In this document: positions 1 through 9,082 of the stretch, piece after piece | Layout of the letters: every line of letters starts with the position of its first letter | How positions within the stretch are numbered: position 1 is the first letter of the stretch | NCBI GenBank assembly: GCA_050298055.1 | Contig: JBNKTL010000013.1 | Span: 30,447 to 94,446, forward strand | DNA from: Spirochaetota bacterium | GTDB taxonomy: Bacteria; Spirochaetota; UBA4802; UBA5550 | Direction: 5' to 3' | Length of the DNA: 64,000 nt | Program-made: the position numbers and the translations under genes | The notes under the pieces: generated by a model | Database searches by the model: none | Seen by the model: only the letters and a program-made list of their open reading frames with translations | What the model was told of the DNA's origin: nothing

Positions 1-2
1 TT

Positions 3-302
3 CAGTCGGGGATTAAGAGCATTACGGATAAAAACATTAATACCATAAACCTCCTGAAAAACGTAAACAGCGACGTATCAAGGATGCTTGAATCAATACA
101 TGGAGAGATAAAAAAACTCCCCAAAGATGTTGTCCGGCTTGTTGATACCGCATCCTCAGAAGTGGAAAAGATTGCCGCTGTCTCCGAAGAACTGACCGCG
201 AGCATAGAAGAGATAACCGCCAACGTTGATTCAATAAATAAAAACAGCGCCCAGACAATCAGCCAGATAGAACGGGAAAAGGAAGAACTTGCGGAACAAT
301 AG
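3..302 (+). CDS. C-terminal fragment of a probable methyl-accepting chemotaxis protein (truncated by window edge)
   Basis: Frame open from position 3; coiled-coil text 'IAAVSEELTASIEEITANVDSI' resembles an MCP methylation helix. Confidence 0.65.
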   Translation, partial: QSGIKSITDKNINTINLLKNVNSDVSRMLESIHGEIKKLPKDVVRLVDTASSEVEKIAAVSEELTASIEEITANVDSINKNSAQTISQIEREKEELAEQ

Positions 303-401
303 TACTTCGACTGCGTGATTTTTAACTAATTTCAAAATGTAACGACTGAATGAATCAGGGGTTACAAAATTTTATCGGTGTAAAATCACGCGGGCTCAGT
401 A
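303..401 (+). mobile_element. ~100-bp MITE-like element, family 1, copy 1
   Basis: Imperfect terminal inverted repeats (TACTTCGACTGCGTGATTTT ... AAAATCACGCGGGCTCAGTA); closely similar copy in reverse orientation at 30794-30893. Confidence 0.75.
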
Positions 402-411
402 CCAGGAGTTC

Positions 412-846
412 TTACCTGTACTTCCCGATCTCACCTCTGGCAAGCTCGTCGCACCTCTCGTTCTCAGGGTGGCCGCTGTGGCCCTTGATCCACTTCCACT
501 GAATATCATGCTTCTGTGAGAGTTTCCAGAGCTCTTCCCAGAGTTCCCTGTTCTTGACATTTTTTTTTGCCGACGTCTTCCAGTTGTTCCTCATCCAGGT
601 GTGGATCCATTTGGTAATGCCATTCTTTACATATTCCGAATCTGTAGTAATCTCAAGATTGCATTGCTCATTCAGGGCCCTGAGGGCCTCGATGACCGCA
701 GTGAGCTCCATCCTGTTGTTGGTTGTCTGTTTCTCTCCTCCTGAGAGTTCTTTCTCCGTACCGTTGAACCTGAGCAGGGCCCCCCAGCCCCCCGGACCGG
801 GATTCCCGCTGCACGCGCCATCCGTATATATATACACTTTCTTCAT
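412..846 (-). CDS. rnhA: Ribonuclease HI
   Basis: [44 protein letters not shown] motifs; start taken at ATG 846. Confidence 0.97.
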   Translation of the reverse strand: MKKVYIYTDGACSGNPGPGGWGALLRFNGTEKELSGGEKQTTNNRMELTAVIEALRALNEQCNLEITTDSEYVKNGITKWIHTWMRNNWKTSAKKNVKNRELWEELWKLSQKHDIQWKWIKGHSGHPENERCDELARGEIGKYR

Positions 847-889
847 AGACAAACCTTTAGTATTTTTGAATTTTATTTTCCACAAAAAA

Positions 890-914
890 GTTTCGGGTTC
901 CGGGTTTCAAGTTT
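890..914 (+). repeat. Heptamer tandem repeat (GTTYCRR units)
   Basis: GTTTCGG GTTCCGG GTTTCAA GTT; inverse array at 1075-1105. Confidence 0.55.
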
Positions 915-920
915 AAGACT

Positions 921-1058
921 CTGTCATCATGAGGAACGAAGTGACGTAATGATCTGTTCCCTCAATTCATTCAGTTATTTTTATACTGTTTGTGTCGCTT
1001 CGCTGCCTGTAACAACCGCAATTTAATACAGATAGCTACGCTGCGCTCGCTATGACAG
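921..1058. repeat. REP-like paired repeat, family 2, copy 1
   Basis: CTGTCATCATGAGGAACGAAGTGACGTAATGATCTGT ... ACAGATAGCTACGCTGCGCTCGCTATGACAG; matching ends at 23199-23293 and 45269-45487. Confidence 0.75.
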
Positions 1059-1074
1059 TACTATGAAAATACAA

Positions 1075-1105
1075 AACACGTAACCTGGAACTTGCAACCT
1101 GAAAC
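1075..1105 (+). repeat. Heptamer tandem repeat (AACnnGn units)
   Basis: AACACGT AACCTGG AACTTGC AACCTGA AAC; reverse-complement type of 890-914. Confidence 0.55.
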
Positions 1106-1816
1106 TTATCTCTGACCCATCAACTCACTGACTTTCCCTTCTATACTCTCCGCCAATATCCTGTAACCCTTTTCCGTAAGGTGCAGATAATCAAACATGA
1201 TATCCCTGTTCACCACTCCTTCGCCATTCAGGAATTTTTTTCCTATGTTCAGGGTGAAGACATTTTTCCTGTCCCGGAATTTCGATATTATACTGTTGCA
1301 TTTATCGATAAGGACTCTTTTTCTGTTAAATCCCCTGCCCCGGGGAAAAATATTTAAAAGGAGTATCTTTGTACACGGTGTTTTCTCCCCGATTATATCA
1401 AGGACCCTTTTTATCCCAGCAGCAATTTCAGCAGGTGAATTTTCACCGATATTGTTTGTTCCTATTAGAACAACCGCAAGTGCGGGCTTGATCTTCTCAT
1501 AGTTCCCGTTCTGAAGTCTCCAGATGAGGTTTTGTGTCCTGTCTCCCCAGATCCCGAGATTCAGGGCCTTTCTCCCGGAGTAGTATTTTTTCCAGACCCT
1601 CTTCCCGGCCTTTTCCCATCCCTGTGTGATGGAATCACCCATAAAAACAAGCCGTGCGTCACCGGCGGACACATTCTCCTTTATCAATGAAAACCTCTCC
1701 CGCCACCACTGTGCATCGACCGGGACAGGCTTTACTGCAGCCTGTTCTTCCTTACAGCCGCCGGATAAGAGTGTTAAGGATAAAAGAAAGAAGAACAACA
1801 ATTTATTTCCCGTCAT
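1106..1816 (-). CDS. SGNH/GDSL hydrolase lipoprotein (acetylesterase-like)
   Basis: Lipobox LSGGC; GDSIT, GIWGDRT, IGTNN and DYLH catalytic blocks. Confidence 0.9.
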   Translation of the reverse strand: MTGNKLLFFFLLSLTLLSGGCKEEQAAVKPVPVDAQWWRERFSLIKENVSAGDARLVFMGDSITQGWEKAGKRVWKKYYSGRKALNLGIWGDRTQNLIWRLQNGNYEKIKPALAVVLIGTNNIGENSPAEIAAGIKRVLDIIGEKTPCTKILLLNIFPRGRGFNRKRVLIDKCNSIISKFRDRKNVFTLNIGKKFLNGEGVVNRDIMFDYLHLTEKGYRILAESIEGKVSELMGQR

Positions 1817-1956
1817 TTCAGATCCCTCTCGCAGGGAAATCGAATAAAATTAATCTCCTCATAAAAAAATCATATCCGAAAAATAACCCTTGAATATTAA
1901 TAGTGCAAAACTCCCTTTTAACAGGACAAATATCAAGTATCTTTTTCACCGGGAAC

Positions 1957-4788
1957 ATGAACAGGAACCTTTTACTCATTGCCGTAACATTTGCCGCGTC
2001 TCTTCTCCTTTTCTCTTATCTTGACAGTGTATACCTTTCGGACCATACAAACCGGCTGGTACCCGCAATTGATGAACTTATCCCCGCATGGCCTGTCCCT
2101 GTAAAAGAAAAGAAAAAAATTCACCCGCAAGGAGAGGAAGAGACAAAAAATCCTCTTGTTGCCGGTAAGGAAAAATCCCGCCTCGGGAACTTCTTCCGGA
2201 AACTGAAGAAACTGGAAGAGGGTAAAACAGAGACCGTACGGATCATCCACTTCGGGGACTCCCTGCTCTGGGGAGACAACCTCACACACAGGCTGAAAAA
2301 GCATTTCCAGGACCGGTTCAGGGACGGGGGAAGGGGCCTGATCCCCGCAGTACAGTTTCCCCGGACACGGTTTAAAGACCTGGGAAACAGGACAATGGAG
2401 TCAGGGTTCCAAAGTTTTCACCTGGAACACCTTTTCGTCAAAGATGGGAGGATCAGGCTGGAACCGGAAACCAGGCCGGACCTCGGCATTACCGGTGAGA
2501 GTTCACGGCCCCTCTCCCTGAATTCAAAAATAAGGTTCTTTCAGCCGGAAGGAAAAAAGAAGTGGCGGAGAGTAGAGGTTTTACTCCGCTCACCCTGCCG
2601 GGAGAGGGAGGACCTCTTTGGCTACAGAATTAATGTAAGGCATGACAGCGGAGAATTATCCGAAAAAATCGAGCTTCCCCGGGATACAAGCAGGTTAATC
2701 TCCTTTCCTATTCCTCCCTCATCAGCTATCGAGATCGACTTCAGGGGATCAGGACTGCCGCTTCCCTATATCGACGCCGTAAATCTTGAAACCGGCGGGG
2801 GCGTGGTCTACGATACCGTTATTAAAACGGGAATCCACATGTCCTGGCTCAAGGCTATTCCCGAGAAACACTTTACCTATGCCCTGGAAAAGGCCCGGCC
2901 CGACCTTATGATTTTCCAGTTCGGCATTAACGAATCCGCAAGCATGAAAGCCTTTGGCAGTTTCACACCCGAACTCTACCGCCGGCAGATGAGAAGTTTT
3001 CTCAGCCTGCTCAAAAAAAAGATACCCCATACGGATATTCTCCTCTTCGGCCCTCTTGAGAGACAGGAGAAACTTAACGGCAGACTGCAGCCAATGAAGG
3101 AGGTCCTCCGGATCAGGGAGATTCAGAGAGAAGAAGCGGATAGACTGGGCATGGCGTTTTTTGACACCTACGGGGCCCTGGGAGGTGAAGACCAGATGAA
3201 GAAACTGGTTGGCCGGCACCTGGCAATGGATGACTATACCCACCTCACCCTCAGTGGCGGAGATTATCTCGCCGATATTTTTTATCATTCACTGACCGCT
3301 TCATACGGGGAATTTTGCGGAAAAGAAGCGGAAAGGAAACAGCTGGAGGAGATCAGGCTCAGAAAGGAGAAGAATATTCCCATACAGTTCAACTCCAGCT
3401 CCTACGCCTGGTTTCTCCTGATTGTCATTATTCTTACACTGATGTTTCACAGGATGCCCGGTTACAGGATCTTTATCCTCCTTCTGGCTTCATACTACTT
3501 CTATGCCACCTGGAAACTCTGGCCCCTTATCCTCATCATCGGCTCTACACTGATCGATTATTTCTGCGGTATCCGGATACAGAAGATGAGGCTCAGGCTC
3601 AAGAGAGGGACCCCTTACCTGCTCCTTTCACTTACGGGGAACCTCGGCCTTCTCTTTGTTTTTAAGTATTTCGATTTCCTTTCAAACATCCTGGAAAAGG
3701 TCATACGCAGTGCCGGGTTTGCTCTCGACCTTCCGGTGATGGACGTGGTCCTTCCCGTGGGAATATCATTCTACACCTTCCAGACCCTCTCGTATACCAT
3801 AGATATATGGAGGGGGCAGATGAAACCGGAGAGGAACTTTTTAAAGTTTGCTCTCTATGTTTCCTTTTTCCCCCAGCTGGTTGCCGGCCCCATTGTCAGG
3901 GCAAAGGACTTTATCACCCGGCTGGACAGTGACAACAGGCACTTCAGTGTGGACTCGGAGAAGGTGTCCGCGGCGCTCTTTCTCATCCTTACCGGGCTGG
4001 TAAAAAAGATCGGCGCGGACTGGCTGGCCGTTAATATCATCGACCGGGTCTATGACAACCCGGGGATGTTCACCTCCGCGGAGACACTCACCGCGGTCTA
4101 TGCCTACGGGCTCCAGATATACGGCGACTTTTCCGGCTACACAGACATCGCCCTGGGAAGCGCCATGCTCCTGGGATACAACCTCACGGAGAACTTTAAC
4201 AGGCCTTACGCGTCTCTCTCTGTTACCGACTTCTGGCGCAGGTGGCATATCTCCCTGGGAAGCTGGTTCAGGGATTATCTCTATATCAGCCTGGGAGGCA
4301 ACCGGAAACGTGTCTCTTTCAACCTCTTCATCACCATGCTTCTCTGCGGGCTCTGGCACGGTGCCGGTATTAATTTTGTTCTCTGGGGGATTTACCACGG
4401 AGCATTTCTGATACTGGAGAGGCATTTCAAAATATCATCGGCACCGGTAAAGGGATGGACGGCATTTTTCAGAAGGTTCCTGGCATTCCACATTGTCATT
4501 TTCGGATGGATAATTTTCCGGGCGGCCTCCTGGAACAATTTCACGGGTATCATGGATTCCCTTTCGGCAATGAACTTTAACACGCGGAACCTGGACCCGG
4601 TACTTCTTTCCACGGTTGTCCTTTTTTATCTCTACCACCTTACTCCTGTGAGCTGGAAAGACGCCGCGGGCAGGTTCTGGGAGCGGCTTGCGCCGCCGGT
4701 ACAGGGTTTCGCAACGGCACTGGTTTTTCTGTTTCTCTACAACATAACCATATCGGACGTAAGGCCCTTTATCTACTTTCAGTTTTAA
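1957..4788 (+). CDS. Fusion of an N-terminal SGNH acetyltransferase-like domain and a C-terminal MBOAT (AlgI/PatA-like) O-acyltransferase
   Basis: SGNH blocks FGDSL, FGINES, DYTH; MBOAT motifs GISFYTFQ, FFPQLVAGPI, FWRRWHISL, GLWHG and terminal FIYFQF; start taken at ATG 1957 (ORF track gives 1903). Confidence 0.88.
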   Translation: MNRNLLLIAVTFAASLLLFSYLDSVYLSDHTNRLVPAIDELIPAWPVPVKEKKKIHPQGEEETKNPLVAGKEKSRLGNFFRKLKKLEEGKTETVRIIHFGDSLLWGDNLTHRLKKHFQDRFRDGGRGLIPAVQFPRTRFKDLGNRTMESGFQSFHLEHLFVKDGRIRLEPETRPDLGITGESSRPLSLNSKIRFFQPEGKKKWRRVEVLLRSPCREREDLFGYRINVRHDSGELSEKIELPRDTSRLISFPIPPSSAIEIDFRGSGLPLPYIDAVNLETGGGVVYDTVIKTGIHMSWLKAIPEKHFTYALEKARPDLMIFQFGINESASMKAFGSFTPELYRRQMRSFLSLLKKKIPHTDILLFGPLERQEKLNGRLQPMKEVLRIREIQREEADRLGMAFFDTYGALGGEDQMKKLVGRHLAMDDYTHLTLSGGDYLADIFYHSLTASYGEFCGKEAERKQLEEIRLRKEKNIPIQFNSSSYAWFLLIVIILTLMFHRMPGYRIFILLLASYYFYATWKLWPLILIIGSTLIDYFCGIRIQKMRLRLKRGTPYLLLSLTGNLGLLFVFKYFDFLSNILEKVIRSAGFALDLPVMDVVLPVGISFYTFQTLSYTIDIWRGQMKPERNFLKFALYVSFFPQLVAGPIVRAKDFITRLDSDNRHFSVDSEKVSAALFLILTGLVKKIGADWLAVNIIDRVYDNPGMFTSAETLTAVYAYGLQIYGDFSGYTDIALGSAMLLGYNLTENFNRPYASLSVTDFWRRWHISLGSWFRDYLYISLGGNRKRVSFNLFITMLLCGLWHGAGINFVLWGIYHGAFLILERHFKISSAPVKGWTAFFRRFLAFHIVIFGWIIFRAASWNNFTGIMDSLSAMNFNTRNLDPVLLSTVVLFYLYHLTPVSWKDAAGRFWERLAPPVQGFATALVFLFLYNITISDVRPFIYFQF

Positions 4789-4809
4789 GTTCATTTTTTT
4801 TGAAAACAT

Positions 4810-4900
4810 GCCCCGTTTTTTGGAGAAGGCGGGATCATTTGGAGAAGGCGGGGTCACATGACCCCCCCTTCTCCAAAAAATATGCCCCGCCTTCTCCAAA
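4810..4900. repeat. Cluster of REP arms/palindromes upstream of the RAYT gene (family 3)
   Basis: TGGAGAAGGCGGG twice, GAAGGCGGGGTCACATGACCCCCCCTTCTCC, CCCCGCCTTCTCCA. Confidence 0.8.
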
Positions 4901-4986
4901 AAAAATCCATCAAAAATAAAATTTTTTTTTTATTTTTTTCCTCTCTCAATCGTATTAATTAAAAATATAACTTGGATTAAATAATT

Positions 4987-5433
4987 ATGAAATTACATAG
5001 GAATTCACAAAAGAGATACTATATAAATGGAGCCATATACTTTATCACAACTGTAACATATGACAGATACCCATATTTTCAAGATGAGATTCTTTGCAGA
5101 TTTTTTATTGAAGATCTTTACTTATGCAAAGATTTGAAAAAATTTGAATTATATGGATATTCTATTATTCCAGATCATGTGCACCTGCTAATTCAACCTG
5201 GAAATGATTTTACTATTTCAGAAATAATGAGGTCATTAAAAACAAATTTTTCAAGGAACATTAATAAAATTATGCCTTATAAATTCAAATGGCAACAATC
5301 TTTTCATGATCATATAATAAGAAACGGGGCCGATTATCAAAACCATGTGAATTACATCAAGAATCAAGTGAATATACATGATCTTCATGACGATATGTGG
5401 ATGTGGGTTTCTTCCGAAGGCGGGGTCACGTGA
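4987..5433 (+). CDS. REP-associated tyrosine transposase (RAYT, IS200/IS605-superfamily Y1 HUH)
   Basis: YFITTVT, IIPDHVHLLI (HUH), WQQSFHDHIIRN, catalytic-like YIKN; AT-rich; flanked by REP palindromes. Confidence 0.9.
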   Translation: MKLHRNSQKRYYINGAIYFITTVTYDRYPYFQDEILCRFFIEDLYLCKDLKKFELYGYSIIPDHVHLLIQPGNDFTISEIMRSLKTNFSRNINKIMPYKFKWQQSFHDHIIRNGADYQNHVNYIKNQVNIHDLHDDMWMWVSSEGGVT

Positions 5434-5447
5434 CCCCGCCTTCGGAA
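5412..5447. repeat. 36-bp perfect REP palindrome (family 3)
   Basis: TTCCGAAGGCGGGGTCAC|GTGACCCCGCCTTCGGAA; contains the RAYT stop codon. Confidence 0.9.
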
Positions 5448-5643
5448 AGCACACCCCCCACCTTCGGAAAAAATAATACCGTCGTCATGCAATAATTCTT
5501 CGGCAAATTTATGGGATTTAATTCTTGATTGACACGACCTGAATAAATAATATAGTGCAGAAAGTTCTGTTCGCTGAAGTGTTAGGAGAGAGCGCAGCAT
5601 AATAAACAGGGGAATACCTTCACCGGCTACTTAATCGAAAAAT

Positions 5644-6612
5644 ATGCTTAACCAGGAAAACAAAATACTTCTTTTGAATAAAGTTGATATATTCTCTCCG
5701 TTGAAAATCTATGAGCTTGATATCATTGCCCGGTACAGTGAATATGTCAGGTATAAGAAGGGTGATGTTATCTTTGCCCAGGACTCGGAATCCGACGGGC
5801 TCTATGTCATAGAAAGCGGAAGAGTGGGAATTGTCAGGAGAGAAAGCCGGGACAAATTTATGGTTGCCCAGATCATGTCCGGGGAGTCTTTCGGTGAACT
5901 TGACTTTTTCGGAAAGAGCAACAGGAGCGCGACGTCTTTTGCCGAGGAAGACACAACCGCATTAAAATTTCCCGCATCGGGCCAGAAGAGCAATCTTATT
6001 TTTCAAAAACACGCGTATATATCCGCCCGGATGCTGTTAAAGCTTCACCGGATTATTTCAGAAAGGATCAGGAAGATCAATGAGCACCTGAACGAAAAAA
6101 CAGACTGGCTGAAGGACCTTCGCAAGCAGCTCTACCAGGACAAGATAACCGGTCTCTATAACAGGGAATTTCTCAACGAAGATTTTATCAAACAGCTCCC
6201 CGATCCCGGAAAAGATGCCGCGTTTATTATGATTAAACCCGATAACTTCAAGCTTATAAACGATAAATACGGGCATACTGCCGGCGATAACGCCCTTAAC
6301 CTGCTCTCAATTTTCTTCCAGTCGGAACTGGGTGAAAACGATATAGGAATTCGGCACAGGGGGGATGAATACGCGGCCCTTCTCGCGGATACGGACAAAA
6401 ACAGGGCTGTAAAGAGGGCAAAGGAGATCGGTGCCGCCCTTAAATCCATAGACCTCACGGGGATAACAGGCCCCGGTTCAATAAGCATCAGCGTGAGTAT
6501 CGGAATATCCCTCTATCCCCTGAATACAACAAACAGCCAAATGCTTGTTGATATAGCATACAACAGGATGATGAAGGCGCGAAGCGCCGGGGGCAACAGG
6601 ATCTGCATCTGA
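5644..6612 (+). CDS. cNMP-binding domain plus degenerate GGDEF domain protein
   Basis: GESFGEL...RSA cNMP motif; DKITGLYNR; active site reads RGDEY and the first Asp is replaced (KPDNFK). Confidence 0.88.
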   Translation: MLNQENKILLLNKVDIFSPLKIYELDIIARYSEYVRYKKGDVIFAQDSESDGLYVIESGRVGIVRRESRDKFMVAQIMSGESFGELDFFGKSNRSATSFAEEDTTALKFPASGQKSNLIFQKHAYISARMLLKLHRIISERIRKINEHLNEKTDWLKDLRKQLYQDKITGLYNREFLNEDFIKQLPDPGKDAAFIMIKPDNFKLINDKYGHTAGDNALNLLSIFFQSELGENDIGIRHRGDEYAALLADTDKNRAVKRAKEIGAALKSIDLTGITGPGSISISVSIGISLYPLNTTNSQMLVDIAYNRMMKARSAGGNRICI

Positions 6613-6613
6613 T

Positions 6614-7585
6614 ATGCGAAAGATGAAAGAGATATTCAACGAACTGGCGCTCTTTTCAGGGATCAGCACTGAAAAGGTCAAAGAGATAGAGCCGTATTTT
6701 AAACTGAAAACCTTCGGGAAAGACGAGCTGATAATATCCCGGGATGACGATCTGAAGACTCTTTTCATCGTGGTCAGCGGATATGTGGCAAGCACACTGA
6801 ATATTCCCGGGCACATGGACCGAAAACTGAGAGATTATCTGCCGGGAGATTTCTTCGGGGGAAGTTCACTTTTCGGGGACATGCCGGCCACCGATACCTG
6901 CTATTCCCGGGAAGAGACAGAGCTCCTCACACTGGGTGATGCAGAGCTTTCAGAGATGATTGAAAAGAACCCGGAAACAGCCGTTGACGTCCTCTCTCAC
7001 CTCCTCGGTATGACCATACAGCGGTTCAGAAAATCAAGCAGGTTTCTTGCCGATGTTCTACAATGGGGAGAGAACGCCAGCAGACGCATTATAACAGATG
7101 AATTGACCGGGGTATATAACAGGGCGTTTCTCGATGACGCGGTAGAGAATTTTTTCAACATCTCACAGAGCAATAAAAAACCGCTGTCTCTTTTCATGAT
7201 GGATATAGATGACTTCAGGGCCATCAACGATACCCACGGGCATGACACCGGCAACAGGATCATTATTGAATTCGCGAAGATTATAAAAGAGATCATCAGC
7301 AAACATGGAATAATCGCGCGCTATGGGGGAGATGAGTTTGCCATTCTTCTCCCTGAAGCGGGCCTGGAAAAAGCGGAAAAGATAGCGGAAGAGCTCCGGA
7401 AGAGGATTGAGTCCCATTATTTCTCAGGTCCGGAGAAAACGAAAAAATTTGTTCTCACAACCAGTATCGGGATAAGCTGCCTTCCGGAAACCGCAACCGA
7501 TATCACCACTTTCAAAGAGAAAGCCGATTCCTCCCTCTACCTTGCAAAAGAACAGGGAAAGAACAGGATCGCCATTGTTTTTTGA
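6614..7585 (+). CDS. cNMP-binding domain diguanylate cyclase
   Basis: PGDFFG cNMP-like motif; DELTGVYNR, DIDDF, RYGGDEF, AKEQGKNR. Confidence 0.92.
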   Translation: MRKMKEIFNELALFSGISTEKVKEIEPYFKLKTFGKDELIISRDDDLKTLFIVVSGYVASTLNIPGHMDRKLRDYLPGDFFGGSSLFGDMPATDTCYSREETELLTLGDAELSEMIEKNPETAVDVLSHLLGMTIQRFRKSSRFLADVLQWGENASRRIITDELTGVYNRAFLDDAVENFFNISQSNKKPLSLFMMDIDDFRAINDTHGHDTGNRIIIEFAKIIKEIISKHGIIARYGGDEFAILLPEAGLEKAEKIAEELRKRIESHYFSGPEKTKKFVLTTSIGISCLPETATDITTFKEKADSSLYLAKEQGKNRIAIVF

Positions 7586-7597
7586 AGACGGCGTTTC

Positions 7598-7629
7598 CCG
7601 AAGGCGGGGTCACGTGACCCCGCCTTCGG
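7598..7629. repeat. 32-bp perfect REP palindrome (family 3)
   Basis: CCGAAGGCGGGGTCACGTGACCCCGCCTTCGG, identical to the core of 5412-5447. Confidence 0.9.
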
Positions 7630-8254
7630 CCCGAATGTCAAATATCATCTTCAGGCCTATGAGCAGGATAAGAAAACCCACAGGTCCCCGGAAAATTATC
7701 ACAAAGAACCCTCCCAGGATCACCAGGAGCTGCTGAATGGCCACACGCTTATAGGGAGCCATCATCAGCTCCGCGGGAGCGGTTCTTTTATACTCCTCCT
7801 TTCCCATATAATTTTTTTTGTAGGAATAGTAGTGGCTGAAGATGATTGCCAGCAGGTTTATGATAAAATCAAAGCTGAGAAAATTCCCGGGACCATACTC
7901 AGCTCTCAACAGGTGATTTGCCACCAGGACGAAAACATAGGTCTGCGCAATAACAAATCCGCCGTAGTGGGCAATGAAAAAGGGGACCAGGACAATCTTC
8001 ATCATGAAGGTGTCCTCCCCGTATGAACCGAGCTGCAGCAGGCGCCCCGTGAGACTGTCCGAAAACTCCCGGGACATTCTTCCCTGGGCCTTTACCATCC
8101 TGGCGGCATTGAATGCTCCGATCACAAGGGATTCCATACAGTAAAAGACCACAAGTATGACCGCGTCCCACTGCAGAAAGAGGACCCCTGCCAGGGGGAA
8201 GAGGTTGGCTGCCAGAAGCATGAGGACCGAATTGTTTTTGTTACTATGTGACAT
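7610..8254 (-). CDS. Integral membrane protein (DUF6498-like)
   Basis: LAANLFPLAGVLFLQWD...FY..ES..IG..N, FFIAHYGGF and PYKRV pattern; several TM segments. Confidence 0.75.
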   Translation of the reverse strand: MSHSNKNNSVLMLLAANLFPLAGVLFLQWDAVILVVFYCMESLVIGAFNAARMVKAQGRMSREFSDSLTGRLLQLGSYGEDTFMMKIVLVPFFIAHYGGFVIAQTYVFVLVANHLLRAEYGPGNFLSFDFIINLLAIIFSHYYSYKKNYMGKEEYKRTAPAELMMAPYKRVAIQQLLVILGGFFVIIFRGPVGFLILLIGLKMIFDIRAEGGVT

Positions 8255-8556
8255 TTTTCATAAACACCGGTAAAATCTCATTATTGTTTCTTTCGAAGTT
8301 TTTTCAACCGATATTTGTCTTTTAGGTCTTTGTCATCTCATATTTCCATATTAAATTCCATTTTCTTTGTCCAATTTTCCAATTGACATACATTAATTCA
8401 TTAAAGAGATCGGTGTTGACAGAAATAAAAATTTCGAAAGACATCCGGAAAAGAACAGAAAATATTAAAAAACATCAGCTATTATCTGCATTTTCAATTT
8501 TTTTTCTCATTAATTTTGTCGCACCGGTACAACAATTTACAATTGAAGTAAAAACT

Positions 8557-8918
8557 ATGGCAAGAAATGATTATATAATAGAAAAACCTGATAGCAGTGA
8601 TGTTAAAGAATTTGACTCTCTAATAAAAAAAGTATTGCTGGCAAAGAGAAAAATAGAAGACGGATTTTTAGAGTTGGCTGAAAGCATCTTTTATATTAAT
8701 AAAAAGAAATTATATAAATTACATTATAAAACTTTTAGTGAATTTTGTGAAGAAGGTCTTGGTTTTTCAAGACAAACAATATATGTTTATCTTGGGATTT
8801 TAAAATTAATTACTACATATCCAGATCATTTTCCGAGAAAAAAAGCAATTGAATTTGGACATAAAAAATGAGATATATTACTGAAGCATTTATTGAAGAT
8901 GTAATTGAAGAATTATAA
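8557..8918 (+). pseudogene. Short, probably frameshifted HTH protein resembling plasmid-partition (Borrelia PF49/DUF3102-like) proteins
   Basis: KLYKLHYKTFSEFCEEGLGFSRQTIYVYL; ORF 8557-8871 overlaps (ATGA) a 16-codon ORF 8868-8918 at an A6 run; AT-rich. Confidence 0.45.
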
Positions 8919-8943
8919 AAATGTCGCACCGGTGCGACATTTT
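8918..8943. repeat. 26-bp perfect palindrome; degenerate copy at 8516-8535
   Basis: AAAATGTCGCACC|GGTGCGACATTTT versus TTGTCGCACCGGTACAACAA. Confidence 0.8.
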
Positions 8944-9082
8944 ATCCTTTATCAACATTCATTTTATCCACTAAATTCAGAAAAAAACTTGTCACAACAA
9001 ACCTTATGTTAATCCTGTAACAATTATTGATGTCTTCCCGCTGCCGTTGGTGTCGGGAAGACAAAATTAAGAATTTACAAAC

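Noticed and set aside
4435..5600. ORFs 4435-4899, 5251-5454 and 5385-5600 (also 7542-7736) sharing RRGHVTPP-like peptides
   Set aside because: Translation artefacts of the REP palindrome overlapping real genes
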